Of a stretch of DNA of 64,000 nucleotides, positions 63,174 through 64,000 are shown piece by piece. The stretch spans positions 372,001-436,000 of the forward strand of contig CP089275.1 in NCBI GenBank assembly GCA_023920165.1, read 5' to 3'. The notes beneath the pieces are model-generated. The model ran no database searches, had not been told where the DNA came from, and was given only the letters and a program-made list of their open reading frames with translations. How positions within the stretch are numbered: the stretch's first letter is position 1; each line of letters starts with the position of its first letter. The position numbers and the translations under genes were made by a program. Source of the stretch: Curvularia clavata (taxonomy: Eukaryota).

Positions 63174-63640
63174 TCAATCCGAACATGAAATCGACCCAAA
63201 TTCATTCTTCGTCGCTTCACACTACGTAGAATGCACGTAACCCTTCAGACACGCCAGACTTGTGGTAAATTTCCAATTCATGATTCTCGACGACTCAATC
63301 CCACCACAGTGCGTGCGCAACGCTGTGCTTCCACGGCCCTTGAGATTGTCCCAGAGGCTGCTGAACTAGCCAGGGAATAATGCATTTTATTAACCGTCGT
63401 AATTTGAATCGATACAAATCTGGGGAGAGCATTGGGCAACCAGAGGGAGAAGAGATGTAGAACGGGACGGGAAAATATCTGTTACGCACTTCTATAAACG
63501 TGTTCCGTCCAAATGTCCCAGTTCAAGAGAATATTGCTATCCTAGTCGACGGTAGTAGAACATGAAGCTACGGCCACGGTTTCAGTCATGGCGACAAGGG
63601 CCACAAGGATAGAAGAGATGGAGAGAGTATTGAAGCACAT
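63174..63640 (-). pseudogene. Small secreted Cys-containing protein pseudogene
   Basis: Signal peptide MCFNTLSISSILVALVAMTETVAVASC; distal frame SLWDNLK...HCGG...WKFTTSLACLKGYVHST*CEATKNEFGSISCSD; TAG at 63542-63544 and 63222-63224. Confidence 0.7.
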
Positions 63641-64000
63641 CTTAGCAGTGGCGTTTAACAAAGCTCTTTTGTGGTTTTTCAAATTGGGCTTCTGAGAAGG
63701 CGGTTCAAGTACACGAATTTTGTGAGTGGAAGAGTGTCTGGCAGGTAGAATTAGAGCTTTAGGGATAGAAGTAGGAGCCTGTGGGATCACTGATTCCTTC
63801 TTAGATAGATCAACATATACAAATATATGCGTCTCTTTTGTAGTGTGCATACGTTTCTGATGCTAGAGCTCCCAATCCGTAGGTGTCGTCAAGTTCACCT
63901 TAGTAGGGCGCCTGTTGCTAGCATCGAAAGATGTCATAGTGTAGGACCAATAGTCGAGACGTAGATAGAGAGAGATAATCAAATAGAGTAATCAATTGAG

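Overview
Intron-containing genomic DNA from a filamentous ascomycete. Gene content and intron style suggest Pleosporales/Dothideomycetes (inference). About 30 protein-coding genes were rebuilt by hand from GT-AG introns with CTRAC/CTAAC-type branch points. Positions 1-22 kb are mostly housekeeping genes: TGT, UCH, cupin, a Zn-cluster protein, LSM7, carnosine N-methyltransferase-like, PAC4, con-6, a Zn-ADH-like reductase and ATG27. Positions 22-47 kb look more accessory: a secreted copper amine oxidase, a CE1 esterase, a P450, a hidden 8-Cys knottin-like secreted peptide, a P-loop protein with a 450-nt structured intron, an NmrA-like gene, and a glycosyltransferase between two RIP-damaged Fot1/pogo ends. 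The main finding is a 7-gene imino-acid catabolic cluster at 47.7-62.2 kb: amino acid permease, PTS1-bearing aspartate-type aminotransferase, Zn2Cys6 regulator, PTS1-bearing sarcosine/pipecolate-oxidase-family flavoprotein, uncharacterised carrier-like membrane protein, proline dehydrogenase with Cys at the proline-specificity Tyr, and P5C reductase. Every upstream region of this cluster carries a CGG-N8-CCG site (9 copies). It is not the canonical prn cluster and is a candidate pathway for hydroxyproline, pipecolate or another proline analogue. No rRNA, tRNA or CRISPR was seen.
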